Source: Eubacteriales bacterium
GTDB lineage: Bacteria; Bacillota; Clostridia; Oscillospirales; CAG-272
DNA: 64,000 nt
Assembly: GCA_045532805.1 (NCBI GenBank)
Contig: JAZSGQ010000037.1
Coordinates: 5,904 to 69,903, forward strand
Direction of reading: 5' to 3'
Shown: positions 39,010 to 47,803 of the stretch, piece after piece
How positions within the stretch are numbered: position 1 is the stretch's first letter
How the letters are laid out: every line of letters begins with the position of its first letter
The notes under the pieces: generated by a model
What the model saw: only the letters and a program-made list of their open reading frames with translations
Database searches by the model: none
What the model was told of the DNA's origin: nothing
Program-made: the position numbers and the translations under genes

Positions 39010-39396
39010 ATGATTATGGCAAATGTTGAAAACAAAGAAATTACAAGCAAACCTATTAATAAGACTACAGAGACATTGATCAAAGAACTAGAAACCATGA
39101 GCGACGCAGGGCTTCATGATCTATTTATGTTTTTCTACAAGCTCAATTGTCAGCATGGTAATATGATCTACAATGACAAGTTCAATGAGTTCCTTGAGGC
39201 GTTTAACAGCAATCCATTCAAGCATCATGAGGACAAGGTTTTCAGAAAGGAACTGATAGAAAATCTAACCAAATATTGCTTTGATCACATGAGTTTGTTA
39301 ACGGCCACACTACTGCTCAAAAAGAAGTTCACAATTGATGAAGTAATCAATAACTATTACGCTAGTGTAGATGCTTTTGGATACGACGTATTCTGA
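39010..39396 (+). CDS. hypothetical protein
   Basis: 128-aa ORF followed by a strong terminator hairpin (39451-39484); no recognisable motif. Confidence 0.4.
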   Translation: MIMANVENKEITSKPINKTTETLIKELETMSDAGLHDLFMFFYKLNCQHGNMIYNDKFNEFLEAFNSNPFKHHEDKVFRKELIENLTKYCFDHMSLLTATLLLKKKFTIDEVINNYYASVDAFGYDVF

Positions 39397-39485
39397 TTGC
39401 CAGACAATGTATTGATAGCAAAAAATATTGATACGTTATCTTATAAATGAAAAGCTGATGATCATTTCGACCATCAGCTTTTTTA

Positions 39486-39514
39486 CAACTGTCAGCTATT
39501 GTATATATTATAAT
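39486..39514. repeat. promoter-like direct repeat, copy 1 (CAACTGTCAGCTATTGTATATATTATAAT)
   Basis: Near-identical to 40914-40940; lies 15 nt beyond the stop of the 451-aa gene. Confidence 0.6.
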
Positions 39515-39528
39515 TTATTTCTATCCTT

Positions 39529-40884
39529 TCATCTCCTATCCCAATAATCTCTCAAGAACGCCTCGAAATTCAATTTCACACCACTTGACACCATGTATTT
39601 AAACAATTCATCGTCTTCAGCACCGGTCGAATAGAAGCAATCGTAGACCTGCCAGACCCTATGCCCCGAAGTCAAAAGATCGTACAATGTCATCAGATAC
39701 ACACATGATTCAACATAAAAGATATCGCTACCATAAAGCTTTCCGCCCTCAGCCTTGATGATCGCCTCTCTAAACGCTGTCATCGTATTGCAAACGTCCT
39801 GTCTATCTATGTTTTCCTGATCCATCGACAGCCACGTATGATGCCCGACCTGCTTCTCCGTGGAGTCAAAATAAGCTCGCATATGAAGCTTTTTAATGGC
39901 CTCACGCATTTGGCTACCGAACGCTTTTCCTGGCTCCATAGCTTGAAATATCAGCCCGTAGATATCTTTCGACTCGTCTATCCAATGCCCCGAATTCAAA
40001 GATAACGTCATTCGTGGAACAGAAGCATTAATGTCTTTTTCTAACGTAAAGCCATATGCTTTCAAAAGCTCTGCACGCTTGTCTTTTTTAAGACTGATCA
40101 TTGCATTCGTCGCCCTGATACCAATGCCACTTACATATAAACCATTGTCCGCCCAAGTGAAATTAGGCTGAAAACGAATACGAAACTCCGGATAATCTCT
40201 GTAATAAGTCTCATTGATCTCATTTGCCTTCATAATATGAAATCTAAGTCCCGGATAATTTTCATACAAACATAATGTAAGTTGTTTCTCGAACTCAGCC
40301 TTACTAAGTTCGACCGGTCTGATCAATCTAAGCCTTGACGCAAAACGCACTTTGGATCGATCTATTTCTGTATGAACTCCTTGAAGCTCGTCCATATCAT
40401 AGACCTTGTTTTGTACGATATACATCTCAATGTCACGTGCTGCGCAATATGCCTTGATCTTCTCTTCGTTCTCTTTATAATATCGATACGTCTTGCTCTT
40501 ATTATCTTTTTCGTAATAAGCCCCAAACTGATACCGATCACATTCAACGCTGATCAAACCGATCTCGATCATATAAGCGATCGCCCTGGAAACGCCCTTT
40601 TCATTGTCCCAGATAGCAAGATTTTCTTTATTCGTTACGCTGATCGGCATGATCGTACAACCAGTTTTAAACCGTTTATGCTTGACAGAATCGATAAATG
40701 CCAATACCTTGCTCAGTTTTGTTCTAAGCTTCGCCTCTGCCCCTTTTGCCTTGCTCTCTGTAATGTCCAGCACCGGTGGTACATAATGGTCTGCCCTAAT
40801 TGGTTCCCAAGTGTCTTTGACAATACTAAAATCATAGTTTTTACGATCCATCAGTCTGCTTGCGATCTCTTCTAACGTAATCAC
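39529..40884 (-). CDS. hypothetical 451-aa protein (possible element replication/maintenance function)
   Basis: Largest ORF of the unknown block; start placed at GTG 40884, 6 nt after GGAGGTG; no catalytic motif recognised by eye. Confidence 0.4.
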   Translation of the reverse strand: MITLEEIASRLMDRKNYDFSIVKDTWEPIRADHYVPPVLDITESKAKGAEAKLRTKLSKVLAFIDSVKHKRFKTGCTIMPISVTNKENLAIWDNEKGVSRAIAYMIEIGLISVECDRYQFGAYYEKDNKSKTYRYYKENEEKIKAYCAARDIEMYIVQNKVYDMDELQGVHTEIDRSKVRFASRLRLIRPVELSKAEFEKQLTLCLYENYPGLRFHIMKANEINETYYRDYPEFRIRFQPNFTWADNGLYVSGIGIRATNAMISLKKDKRAELLKAYGFTLEKDINASVPRMTLSLNSGHWIDESKDIYGLIFQAMEPGKAFGSQMREAIKKLHMRAYFDSTEKQVGHHTWLSMDQENIDRQDVCNTMTAFREAIIKAEGGKLYGSDIFYVESCVYLMTLYDLLTSGHRVWQVYDCFYSTGAEDDELFKYMVSSGVKLNFEAFLRDYWDRR

Positions 40885-40913
40885 AAGAACCACCTCCAAG
40901 TCTTTAAATTTTG

Positions 40914-40940
40914 CAACTGTCAACTATTGTATATTATAAT
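40914..40940. repeat. promoter-like direct repeat, copy 2 (CAACTGTCAACTATTGTATATTATAAT)
   Basis: With the preceding TTG it forms TTGCAA - 18 nt - TATAAT on the plus strand (towards the 41102 gene); sits about 30 nt upstream of the divergent 451-aa gene. Confidence 0.55.
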
Positions 40941-41101
40941 AATATTTCTCTTGCTTTCTCTTCTTCCACTCTTTTGCTCCAAAGCTTTTGCCGCAGCAAA
41001 AATCATTGTTTTTTCAAAAAATTGCGCTAAATTAAATGAAGACATGAAAAAGACATAGCCATAGGCAGGCCAAAATATACTCAAATACGAAAGGCAAAAA
41101 C

Positions 41102-41599
41102 ATGAAAGAAAAAAGATTCGCACGCATTGCTCGTCTTACCGGACGACCTCAGGATAAAGCACTTTTCAAAACTCATTTTCAAAAGCTAACCAAGAAGCAA
41201 CGCAAGTTCTTTTGGGCCATTTTTATTCATTGTTGGGCAAGCAGCAAGGCCTTGATCGACAAGCAGAACTTCTTCAATTTGTGGTGCGAATTAAATTATC
41301 TCTGCCATGAACTTGACGAAAGCTTCCCGGATCCATACGACGACCGCGAAGCAATAAGATCTTATTGTCATGCACACCCTTATTACTTCATAGATATTCT
41401 GACGCCGAAAATGATCGCAAATCTCTTTGCCGAATACTGCTACAGCGAGAGCTTAGATTTTTTAACCACTCTCGCACAAAAACTGCATGAAGATGATTTA
41501 AAAGCAGCATATGCTTATGCAAACGAAGCTCTTGGCCTAGACGAAAACATAGACGAAAGCATTGTCGAGATAAAAGAACATGTTGAATCGTTTTTATAA
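41102..41599 (+). CDS. hypothetical protein, paralogous to the C-terminal half of the 41666-42433 product
   Basis: 165 aa; colinear blocks QKLTKKQRKFFWAIFIHC / LWCELNYLCHEL / HPYYFIDILTPKMIA shared with the neighbouring gene. Confidence 0.45.
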   Translation: MKEKRFARIARLTGRPQDKALFKTHFQKLTKKQRKFFWAIFIHCWASSKALIDKQNFFNLWCELNYLCHELDESFPDPYDDREAIRSYCHAHPYYFIDILTPKMIANLFAEYCYSESLDFLTTLAQKLHEDDLKAAYAYANEALGLDENIDESIVEIKEHVESFL

Positions 41600-41665
41600 T
41601 TTCTCAAAACAGAGCTACAATAAGTCCAATATTGTAGCTCTGTTTTTTATATTCTTCTGATAGAA

Positions 41666-42433
41666 TTAAGCCGACGTGCGCCCTCTGAGTTTAATATTAA
41701 GATAGTTAAGGGTTGCCTCATAACCACACTTATAGAACTTCTTTGCAGTTGAAACCGCCAAGGCAATATCAAGATCGATCGCATCACAAAGCTCGACAGC
41801 AATGGTTTTCTGATCAAGCCACTTGAAGAAGTAAAGGGGATCTCTGCTGAGGAAATCCTGCCCCGCCTTAGTATCAAATGCCATAGGCACATCACAACCC
41901 AACTCACGACATTTATCCGCCATTGTCTTCCAAAGAGCCGCGGAACTAGTCTCACTAATAAACAGACCATACTGTCGCCTGCAATGAGTCACAAGGCGAA
42001 TAAATACCTTAAGTTGGTTCTCATCAAATTTCTGCAAGCAGGAAACGAGTTTGCCCTTCCCAGTAGGAATCATAACTCTTGTTCTACGAGCGACCTGTTC
42101 CTTAAAATATACTTCATCGAACGATTCCTTGATTAGTTTCATCAGTTCCAAGCTACAGCGCCAACGAACAAGCCATTCAGGTTTATCTTTGAGATCTTTT
42201 TTAATTTCCCAGAAGATCTTTTCAAACCTCTTAATAAACAGAATCTTATCCTTTCCGGGTCTGATGTAATAATCATAGTTGTAAAGTGCTACTTCGACGT
42301 CCTCATGTCTGAAATTTGTGTCGATGTTTTCAAGTCTGTAAATCTTCTCAATCGTATTGATAATCTCTTCGGTGCTAAGATTAAAGCCTTCACCGTATGC
42401 CTTAGCCATGCTATTATTCATATTACACTTCAT
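41666..42433 (-). CDS. hypothetical protein (paralog family)
   Basis: 255 aa from ATG 42433 (GAAAGGA RBS); blocks QKFDENQLKVFIRLVTHC / LWKTMADKCREL / DPLYFFKWLDQKTIA. Confidence 0.45.
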   Translation of the reverse strand: MKCNMNNSMAKAYGEGFNLSTEEIINTIEKIYRLENIDTNFRHEDVEVALYNYDYYIRPGKDKILFIKRFEKIFWEIKKDLKDKPEWLVRWRCSLELMKLIKESFDEVYFKEQVARRTRVMIPTGKGKLVSCLQKFDENQLKVFIRLVTHCRRQYGLFISETSSAALWKTMADKCRELGCDVPMAFDTKAGQDFLSRDPLYFFKWLDQKTIAVELCDAIDLDIALAVSTAKKFYKCGYEATLNYLNIKLRGRTSA

Positions 42434-42554
42434 TTCTTGTTCCTTTCTGCCGTGATATTCGGCTCTCAAATTATTTTTGATTTATACGATGCTTTCGTAT
42501 TGAGACTATAACGAAAACACAATCGCCATAGCCTCAATACACTCTATGTGATAA

Positions 42555-43070
42555 TTAGTACTCAATCGATCCACAAGACGGGTGTACCGGCACCCTGAAC
42601 TTATCATTCATAGGCTCAAATCCCGCGTATCTGCTGTGATTCTCGACGTGAGTAGAAGGCGTCTCCTGTCGCTCAGGCACCTGTTCCTGCTGGTTACGGC
42701 TGATGCAGAAGGCAACCTTAGCAATCGTACGCCCCTTATATTCGCCCTGAACGACGTACACAGCCCCCTCTTTATCATACCAATAAGAATGGTCTGTTCT
42801 GTCCTTGTCCTGAATATCGAAAGAGTCAAAGAATTCTCCAAGCAGCTGATTTGTGCGAACCTTGTTGTCATGGTTATACCAGATATAGTGCCTCAGCGTG
42901 TGGTTATGACCGATGACATTAAGCCAAATTTCAAGACCTTCCGTCCCGTTATATGCCTTTGTCTGATAAGCTTCGATGATTCTCACTCTGTACTTGCCCT
43001 CAGGAAGAAGATTGGATTTTCCAGTTTTGGTTACATCATAATCGTTAGCATTGTAATCCCAATTAATCAT
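42555..43070 (-). CDS. hypothetical protein, DUF669-like phage/element protein
   Basis: 171 aa; N-terminal LPEGKYRVRIIEAY....NGTEGLEIWLNV pattern resembles phage DUF669 proteins as remembered; weak. Confidence 0.35.
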   Translation of the reverse strand: MINWDYNANDYDVTKTGKSNLLPEGKYRVRIIEAYQTKAYNGTEGLEIWLNVIGHNHTLRHYIWYNHDNKVRTNQLLGEFFDSFDIQDKDRTDHSYWYDKEGAVYVVQGEYKGRTIAKVAFCISRNQQEQVPERQETPSTHVENHSRYAGFEPMNDKFRVPVHPSCGSIEY

Positions 43071-43338
43071 AATAAATATACTCCTTTAAAGTTGAATTTT
43101 GAATTAGTAGTTTTGGTTGTTTTAGCGTCAACCGCACGCTTTGTGATCTTATACACATCAACTCCTTAAATTAATAATTTCAGCAAGCCCAAATTTATCG
43201 AAGCACTTAGAGAAATATATATAATACCCCCTCTCTCTTTTTCTCTAAACATCCTCAAAATTCACATCTCACTATTTTATAATACAGTCCGCTCAAATCA
43301 AATTTTGAGCTTTTTGATTTTTTCAGAATAATATTCAA

Positions 43339-43740
43339 TTAGGCAGCAGTGATTGATATCACTGCTGCAGGAAGAACATAGTTCTTCTCATTGGTAAAAA
43401 CATTATTTGTATTGACAACATACTTATGAAGTACATAGTGGTTGATGGATGTTTTAAACATTACGGTGATCTGATCGACATCGTTCGGTGTGATCGATTC
43501 GTGTTTATCAACAACAATACCGATAACACGAGTAAAATTCATGTACTGACCATTGTTTTTGATAAGGTCAACATTGGTTTCGATAACGTCATTCAACACT
43601 TTGACATACTCTTCAACGTCTTTTTCTTCAATCTTAATAAGACGATTCTTGTTAACGTTGTGAAGATAGAAAGTGTACACACTACGGATCTGGTAGCTCG
43701 AGAGAGTGGAACGAGAATCATAATTTTTGATAGTAGACAT
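43339..43740 (-). CDS. hypothetical protein
   Basis: 133-aa ORF bracketed by copies of a 43-bp promoter/operator-like repeat. Confidence 0.4.
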   Translation of the reverse strand: MSTIKNYDSRSTLSSYQIRSVYTFYLHNVNKNRLIKIEEKDVEEYVKVLNDVIETNVDLIKNNGQYMNFTRVIGIVVDKHESITPNDVDQITVMFKTSINHYVLHKYVVNTNNVFTNEKNYVLPAAVISITAA

Positions 43741-44028
43741 AGAAATAACTCCTTTTTAATTTATTTGGCATTATATGATACAGTACGCTCAAAACGAATT
43801 TTGGCGTTTTTCAAAAATTTTTTTTGAGATTAAATAGCAATAAAAAAGCAAGTGGTCTAAATAGCCACTTGCTTACCTATTTATTATGAATTTTGGTATC
43901 AAAACAAACCTTTGCAAACATTGTACTAATTTTGCCTCGAAATCGCTTACAAAAGGCCCGAAACGCGGCATAATGATAGTACAGAAAGAAACTTTAGTTA
44001 GTTTCAATGCTAACGGGAAGGACATCAT

Positions 44029-44727
44029 ATGATTTACGGTTATTGCAGAGTCAGTACTCAGCACCAAAGGCTTGATCGTCAGATTACTAACATTACTGCC
44101 ATTTATCCGAATGCAGTTATCATCAAAGAGTTCTATACAGGCACGACGCAAAACCGACCGCATTGGGAAAGGTTTATGACCCAAGTAAAAAAGGAAGACA
44201 CCATCGTTTTTGATAGTGTCTCCCGAATGGCACGTAACAGCGCCGAAGGATATAAAGATTATAAGATGCTCTACGAGAGGGGCATCAACCTCGTTTTCTT
44301 GAACGAGCCCCTAATCAACACATCCGTTCTAGATGCGACCAAAAGCAAATTGCTAAATATCAGCGTTGAAACGGGCAATGCCGCCGTTGACGATTTCTTT
44401 AAGGGCAACATTGAACTTATCAATAACTTTATTATGGCTCTCGCAGAGGAACAAATTAAAACGGCATTTGCACAGGCTGAAAAAGAAGTCACAGACCTGC
44501 ATTCGCGCATCAGCCAAGGCATCCGAGAGGCCAAGAAGTCTGGGGCTCAAATCGGCTTGCCTAAGGGCTCCACGCTCACGACCAAGAAATCCCTTGCGTG
44601 CAAAGCCATCATCCAAAAGCACTCTAAAGACTTCGGTGGATCACTTGAAGATTCCGACGTCATTAAACTTTGTGGCTGCTCTAGAAATAGTTATTACAAA
44701 TACAAAAGAGACATCAAATCTATTTAA
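44029..44727 (+). CDS. small serine recombinase (resolvase/invertase family)
   Basis: MIYGYCRVSTQHQ..DRQ catalytic-Ser N-terminus, VFDSVSRMARN, C-terminal HTH (CGCSRNSYYKYKR). Confidence 0.85.
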   Translation: MIYGYCRVSTQHQRLDRQITNITAIYPNAVIIKEFYTGTTQNRPHWERFMTQVKKEDTIVFDSVSRMARNSAEGYKDYKMLYERGINLVFLNEPLINTSVLDATKSKLLNISVETGNAAVDDFFKGNIELINNFIMALAEEQIKTAFAQAEKEVTDLHSRISQGIREAKKSGAQIGLPKGSTLTTKKSLACKAIIQKHSKDFGGSLEDSDVIKLCGCSRNSYYKYKRDIKSI

Positions 44728-44737
44728 GGAGACTGCT

Positions 44738-45010
44738 ATGAACAAGGTACTTATCGGTGACAAGATCAAAATCATTCACATGAAAGGCGAACCTCATTAC
44801 AAAGACCGTGAAGATGTAGTCACCCACATCGACGACGCAGGGCAAATTCATGGAACGTGGGGCGGATGTGCTATTATTCCAGAAATAGATAATTTTATCA
44901 TCTTAAACGAGTTCAGGTTAAAAAACCTTAATCTCTTCCAAACTGAAGATCAAACAAGCACCGTACTCGCGTTACGGTGCTTGTTTTTTATTACTCAGCA
45001 AATAAAATAA
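44738..45010 (+). CDS. DUF4314-like small protein
   Basis: GDKIKIIHMKGEP.Y..REDVVTHIDDAGQIHGTWGGCAIIPEIDNF pattern typical of DUF4314 proteins on Firmicutes mobile elements; AAGGAGA RBS. Confidence 0.5.
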   Translation: MNKVLIGDKIKIIHMKGEPHYKDREDVVTHIDDAGQIHGTWGGCAIIPEIDNFIILNEFRLKNLNLFQTEDQTSTVLALRCLFFITQQIK

Positions 45011-45025
45011 CCCTGACATCTTCCC

Positions 45026-46237
45026 TCAAGCATCGTACGAATATACAATGCAGTTGTCGATGTTTTGCTTATTAATAAGAAATTTGGGCTTTCTCGCAGA
45101 ACCATCAGGCTGATGTCCTTGGTTAAACGCAGAAAGAGCTTCGTTCATATTAACGCGGTTAAGTTCAAATATTCTCATCCTTTTAAACTTAACCGAATGT
45201 TTCATGCGCGCAGCATAAGAAATTTCTCCGCCTTCAACATAAGTTTTGCCAATCAAGTTCATACGAGCAATTGCCATTTCGTTTCCTCTTTCCGTATCTT
45301 TGATGGTTTCATGCTCATAGATGATATACCACAGTTTACCAAAACGAGTTATGGCTTCCAGGACGCTTTCTTGATCATTACCTGGAGCAGAGTCATGATC
45401 GATATCACTTGCCTTTAAATCTCCATAGTAATTGTCTTGTCGGAAAAACAAATCGAAATCAAGCATAGAAGAATCTTTTATATTTCCAATGTAAGCCATG
45501 ATCCCCTGGCAATGTTCATTATCAATGAACTGAGCCAATTTGAATTCCAGCAGCCATCCCGGCCACTCAGTCCCCTTCCATTGATACCAATGTCCATCAC
45601 GCATTTCCACGATTGCTTGTCTTGCAGTTATCCAACTGTCGAAAATGAATTCTCCATTGAATTTTCCAAACAATTCAAAGATTTGATTTCCTTGTGCTAT
45701 ACCAAGCAGATAATCCTTGAATTTTCTGCCAATCACCGAGGTAATGTGATTATCGTTTTTATCTCTCTTATGAAAAACGCCATTGGTTACCGCTTGATAA
45801 ATATCATTCGTATATATGTGTGCTGCACTCGAGTTAAGTTTTCTTTCGATGTAGTCTTCGATTTTGAACTCAACAAAAACAACAAGTCCCTGATAATGAT
45901 AAAGCCCAATTAAATGAATACGAGTGTTTGGCATATTCTTGTATTCATTATAAAAATCTTTGTGCCAAGGTTTCAATTGATATCTTTTCTTAAACAATGG
46001 ATGAGGTTTACTTAAATAAGTTATAGCCCCTGCAAGAAAATATTCTGTAATTCCATCATGCTTATAAGAATACAGCGTTTTGGTGCGTTGATACTTTTCA
46101 ATATAACAGTTATCGCCCAAAGCACTTTTAAAAGCACAAAGAATATCTTGAGAACTAGTCAATGGTTGATCATAATCGAGAACCATAGACATATTAGGCA
46201 TGATTTGTTCGCTTTTAGAAACCTGTTCTCGTGCCAT
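45026..46237 (-). CDS. putative type II restriction endonuclease
   Basis: 403-aa ORF 2 nt downstream of the C5-methyltransferase on the same strand; candidate PD-(D/E)xK element FDLFF...YYGDLKAS. Confidence 0.55.
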   Translation of the reverse strand: MAREQVSKSEQIMPNMSMVLDYDQPLTSSQDILCAFKSALGDNCYIEKYQRTKTLYSYKHDGITEYFLAGAITYLSKPHPLFKKRYQLKPWHKDFYNEYKNMPNTRIHLIGLYHYQGLVVFVEFKIEDYIERKLNSSAAHIYTNDIYQAVTNGVFHKRDKNDNHITSVIGRKFKDYLLGIAQGNQIFELFGKFNGEFIFDSWITARQAIVEMRDGHWYQWKGTEWPGWLLEFKLAQFIDNEHCQGIMAYIGNIKDSSMLDFDLFFRQDNYYGDLKASDIDHDSAPGNDQESVLEAITRFGKLWYIIYEHETIKDTERGNEMAIARMNLIGKTYVEGGEISYAARMKHSVKFKRMRIFELNRVNMNEALSAFNQGHQPDGSARKPKFLINKQNIDNCIVYSYDA

Positions 46238-46239
46238 AA

Positions 46240-47406
46240 TTACTTCTCCTCTTTCAAATGAGCAAACAGTTGTTTAGCCAAAAACTCAACACAGTTAACA
46301 TTTACGGCATTTCCAAACTGCTTATATGCTTGGTGATCGTTAGGATTAGGAACAAAGGTATCAGGAAAACTTTGCAATCTTGCTGCTTCTCGAGGTGTCA
46401 AACGACGCTTATATTTAGCAATGATTGGAATCTGCACGATTGCCACCAATGCAGGGAAAGCATCAGGACGCTTAACTCGAATACCAGAAGGTCTAAATTG
46501 CACGAAAGCATCCCAAATAGTATCAATCGACTCGCCTGCCTGCCACTCCATCTTCCTTTCAGTAGGAGTGAAGTCCTGCAAATAGTTCCATTTTTTCAAC
46601 CACTTATCAATAAACTTCTTGTTGTTTAAATAAAGGGCCCTATTCTTATTACAGAAATCTGCTTTCCATTTTGGCAAACCACTGAGATCAGTGGTTGCTC
46701 CAAATTCAAAAGACCAAATAGGGAAACCGATGGTTTTTTCTTTGATGCCCTTATAAAATTCATCCCAACACGTGAGCACTCTTTCTTCGTGTTCACTTAT
46801 GTTATATTTAGCAGGAGCATTTTCCTCGATAATATTTGCATCATAAATACTGACCGAAGACTTTTCCCTTTGCGGCACATCGATTTTCAACTCGCCATCA
46901 TACAAATCTTTACGAATGCCCAAAATATATACTCTCTCACGAAGTTGAGGAATACCCAACTGATGAGGACTCATCATAATAATTTTAATATTGTAGCCCA
47001 GCTCGTCCAGAGCTCCCTTAATAACATGAATCGTATTGCCTTGGTCATGAGAGAGTAAGTTTCGAACATTTTCGAGCAGTATGAATTTAGGTTTGGAGGA
47101 TTCCAGAATTCTAGTAATTTGGAAAAATAACGTTCCCTTTGTTTCATCAGCAAAGCCCATGCGCTTTCCAGCTTTGGAAAAGGCCTGGCACGGAAATCCG
47201 CCACACAACACATCATGATATGGAATTTCCTCATTGCTTATCTCAGTAATGTCGTGTGCCGAATCAATACCATAATTCACTTTATAAGTCTCGATTGCAT
47301 ATTCATCTATTTCAGAAGCAAGAACACATTCGCCACCAAGATTTGTCATTGCTTGATGAAAGCCTCCAATTCCCGCGAACAGATCTATGAATTTAAATTT
47401 TTTCAT
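46240..47406 (-). CDS. dcm: DNA (cytosine-5)-methyltransferase
   Basis: Motif I DLFAGIGGF, IV GFPCQAFS, VI ENV, VIII QLRERV, X GNAV. Confidence 0.9.
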   Translation of the reverse strand: MKKFKFIDLFAGIGGFHQAMTNLGGECVLASEIDEYAIETYKVNYGIDSAHDITEISNEEIPYHDVLCGGFPCQAFSKAGKRMGFADETKGTLFFQITRILESSKPKFILLENVRNLLSHDQGNTIHVIKGALDELGYNIKIIMMSPHQLGIPQLRERVYILGIRKDLYDGELKIDVPQREKSSVSIYDANIIEENAPAKYNISEHEERVLTCWDEFYKGIKEKTIGFPIWSFEFGATTDLSGLPKWKADFCNKNRALYLNNKKFIDKWLKKWNYLQDFTPTERKMEWQAGESIDTIWDAFVQFRPSGIRVKRPDAFPALVAIVQIPIIAKYKRRLTPREAARLQSFPDTFVPNPNDHQAYKQFGNAVNVNCVEFLAKQLFAHLKEEK

Positions 47407-47633
47407 TTTTCGCCTCCAACTTTGTTCATGATGGTATTTCTAATTTCTTCAAAATTAAGATTGTGTTTTTTGCAGAGTTCTTCGATTTGTTTAAGCGCCT
47501 TATAGTTGGGTAATGTTTTGCCTGATTCCCATCTATTCACCGTAGCAAACGTTACCCCAAGTTCTTTTCCAAAAGTTTCTTGGCTCAGCAAAAGATATTG
47601 ACGAAGTTTTTTGATTGCTTCACAAAATTGCAT
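47403..47633 (-). CDS. XRE-family HTH protein, probable R-M controller (C) protein
   Basis: 76 aa, LSQETFGKELGVTFATVNRWESGK HTH; ATGA overlap with the methyltransferase start; palindromic operator over its own -10. Confidence 0.65.
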   Translation of the reverse strand: MQFCEAIKKLRQYLLLSQETFGKELGVTFATVNRWESGKTLPNYKALKQIEELCKKHNLNFEEIRNTIMNKVGGEK

Positions 47634-47651
47634 TTCGCAGCCTCCTAACAT

Positions 47652-47692
47652 TGATATAACATTATTATATCATAGTTAAGACTTTTTTGCAA
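47652..47692 (-). promoter_or_regulatory. promoter plus palindromic operator of the C-M-R operon
   Basis: Minus strand TTGCAA (47687-47692) - 17 nt - TATAAT (47664-47669); inverted repeat TGATATAA-n5-TTATATCA (47652-47672) overlaps the -10. Confidence 0.55.
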
Positions 47693-47803
47693 TCACTATT
47701 TTTAATTTTGCGTCAATTTTAACCATTATTATCTTTATCCGGTTCAGTTGATTTTTTAAGCCTCCTGTGCTATAATTGTCTCACAATAGAGAGGAGGCTA
47801 TAT

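Noticed and set aside
40920-41123. 67-aa minus-strand ORF between the 451-aa gene and the 41102 gene
   Set aside because: It has no RBS, is hydrophobic junk-like and lies in a divergent promoter region. It is probably not coding.
43063-43158. 31-codon small ORF in the long leader of the 42555-43070 gene
   Set aside because: The AAGGAG is only 3 nt from the ATG, and the product has no recognisable features. It cannot be supported from sequence alone.
44366-45010. 214-aa ORF overlapping the 3' half of the serine recombinase
   Set aside because: The upstream two-thirds is an out-of-frame overlap with the recombinase. Only the last 90 codons (from ATG 44738, which has an RBS) look like a real DUF4314-type gene.
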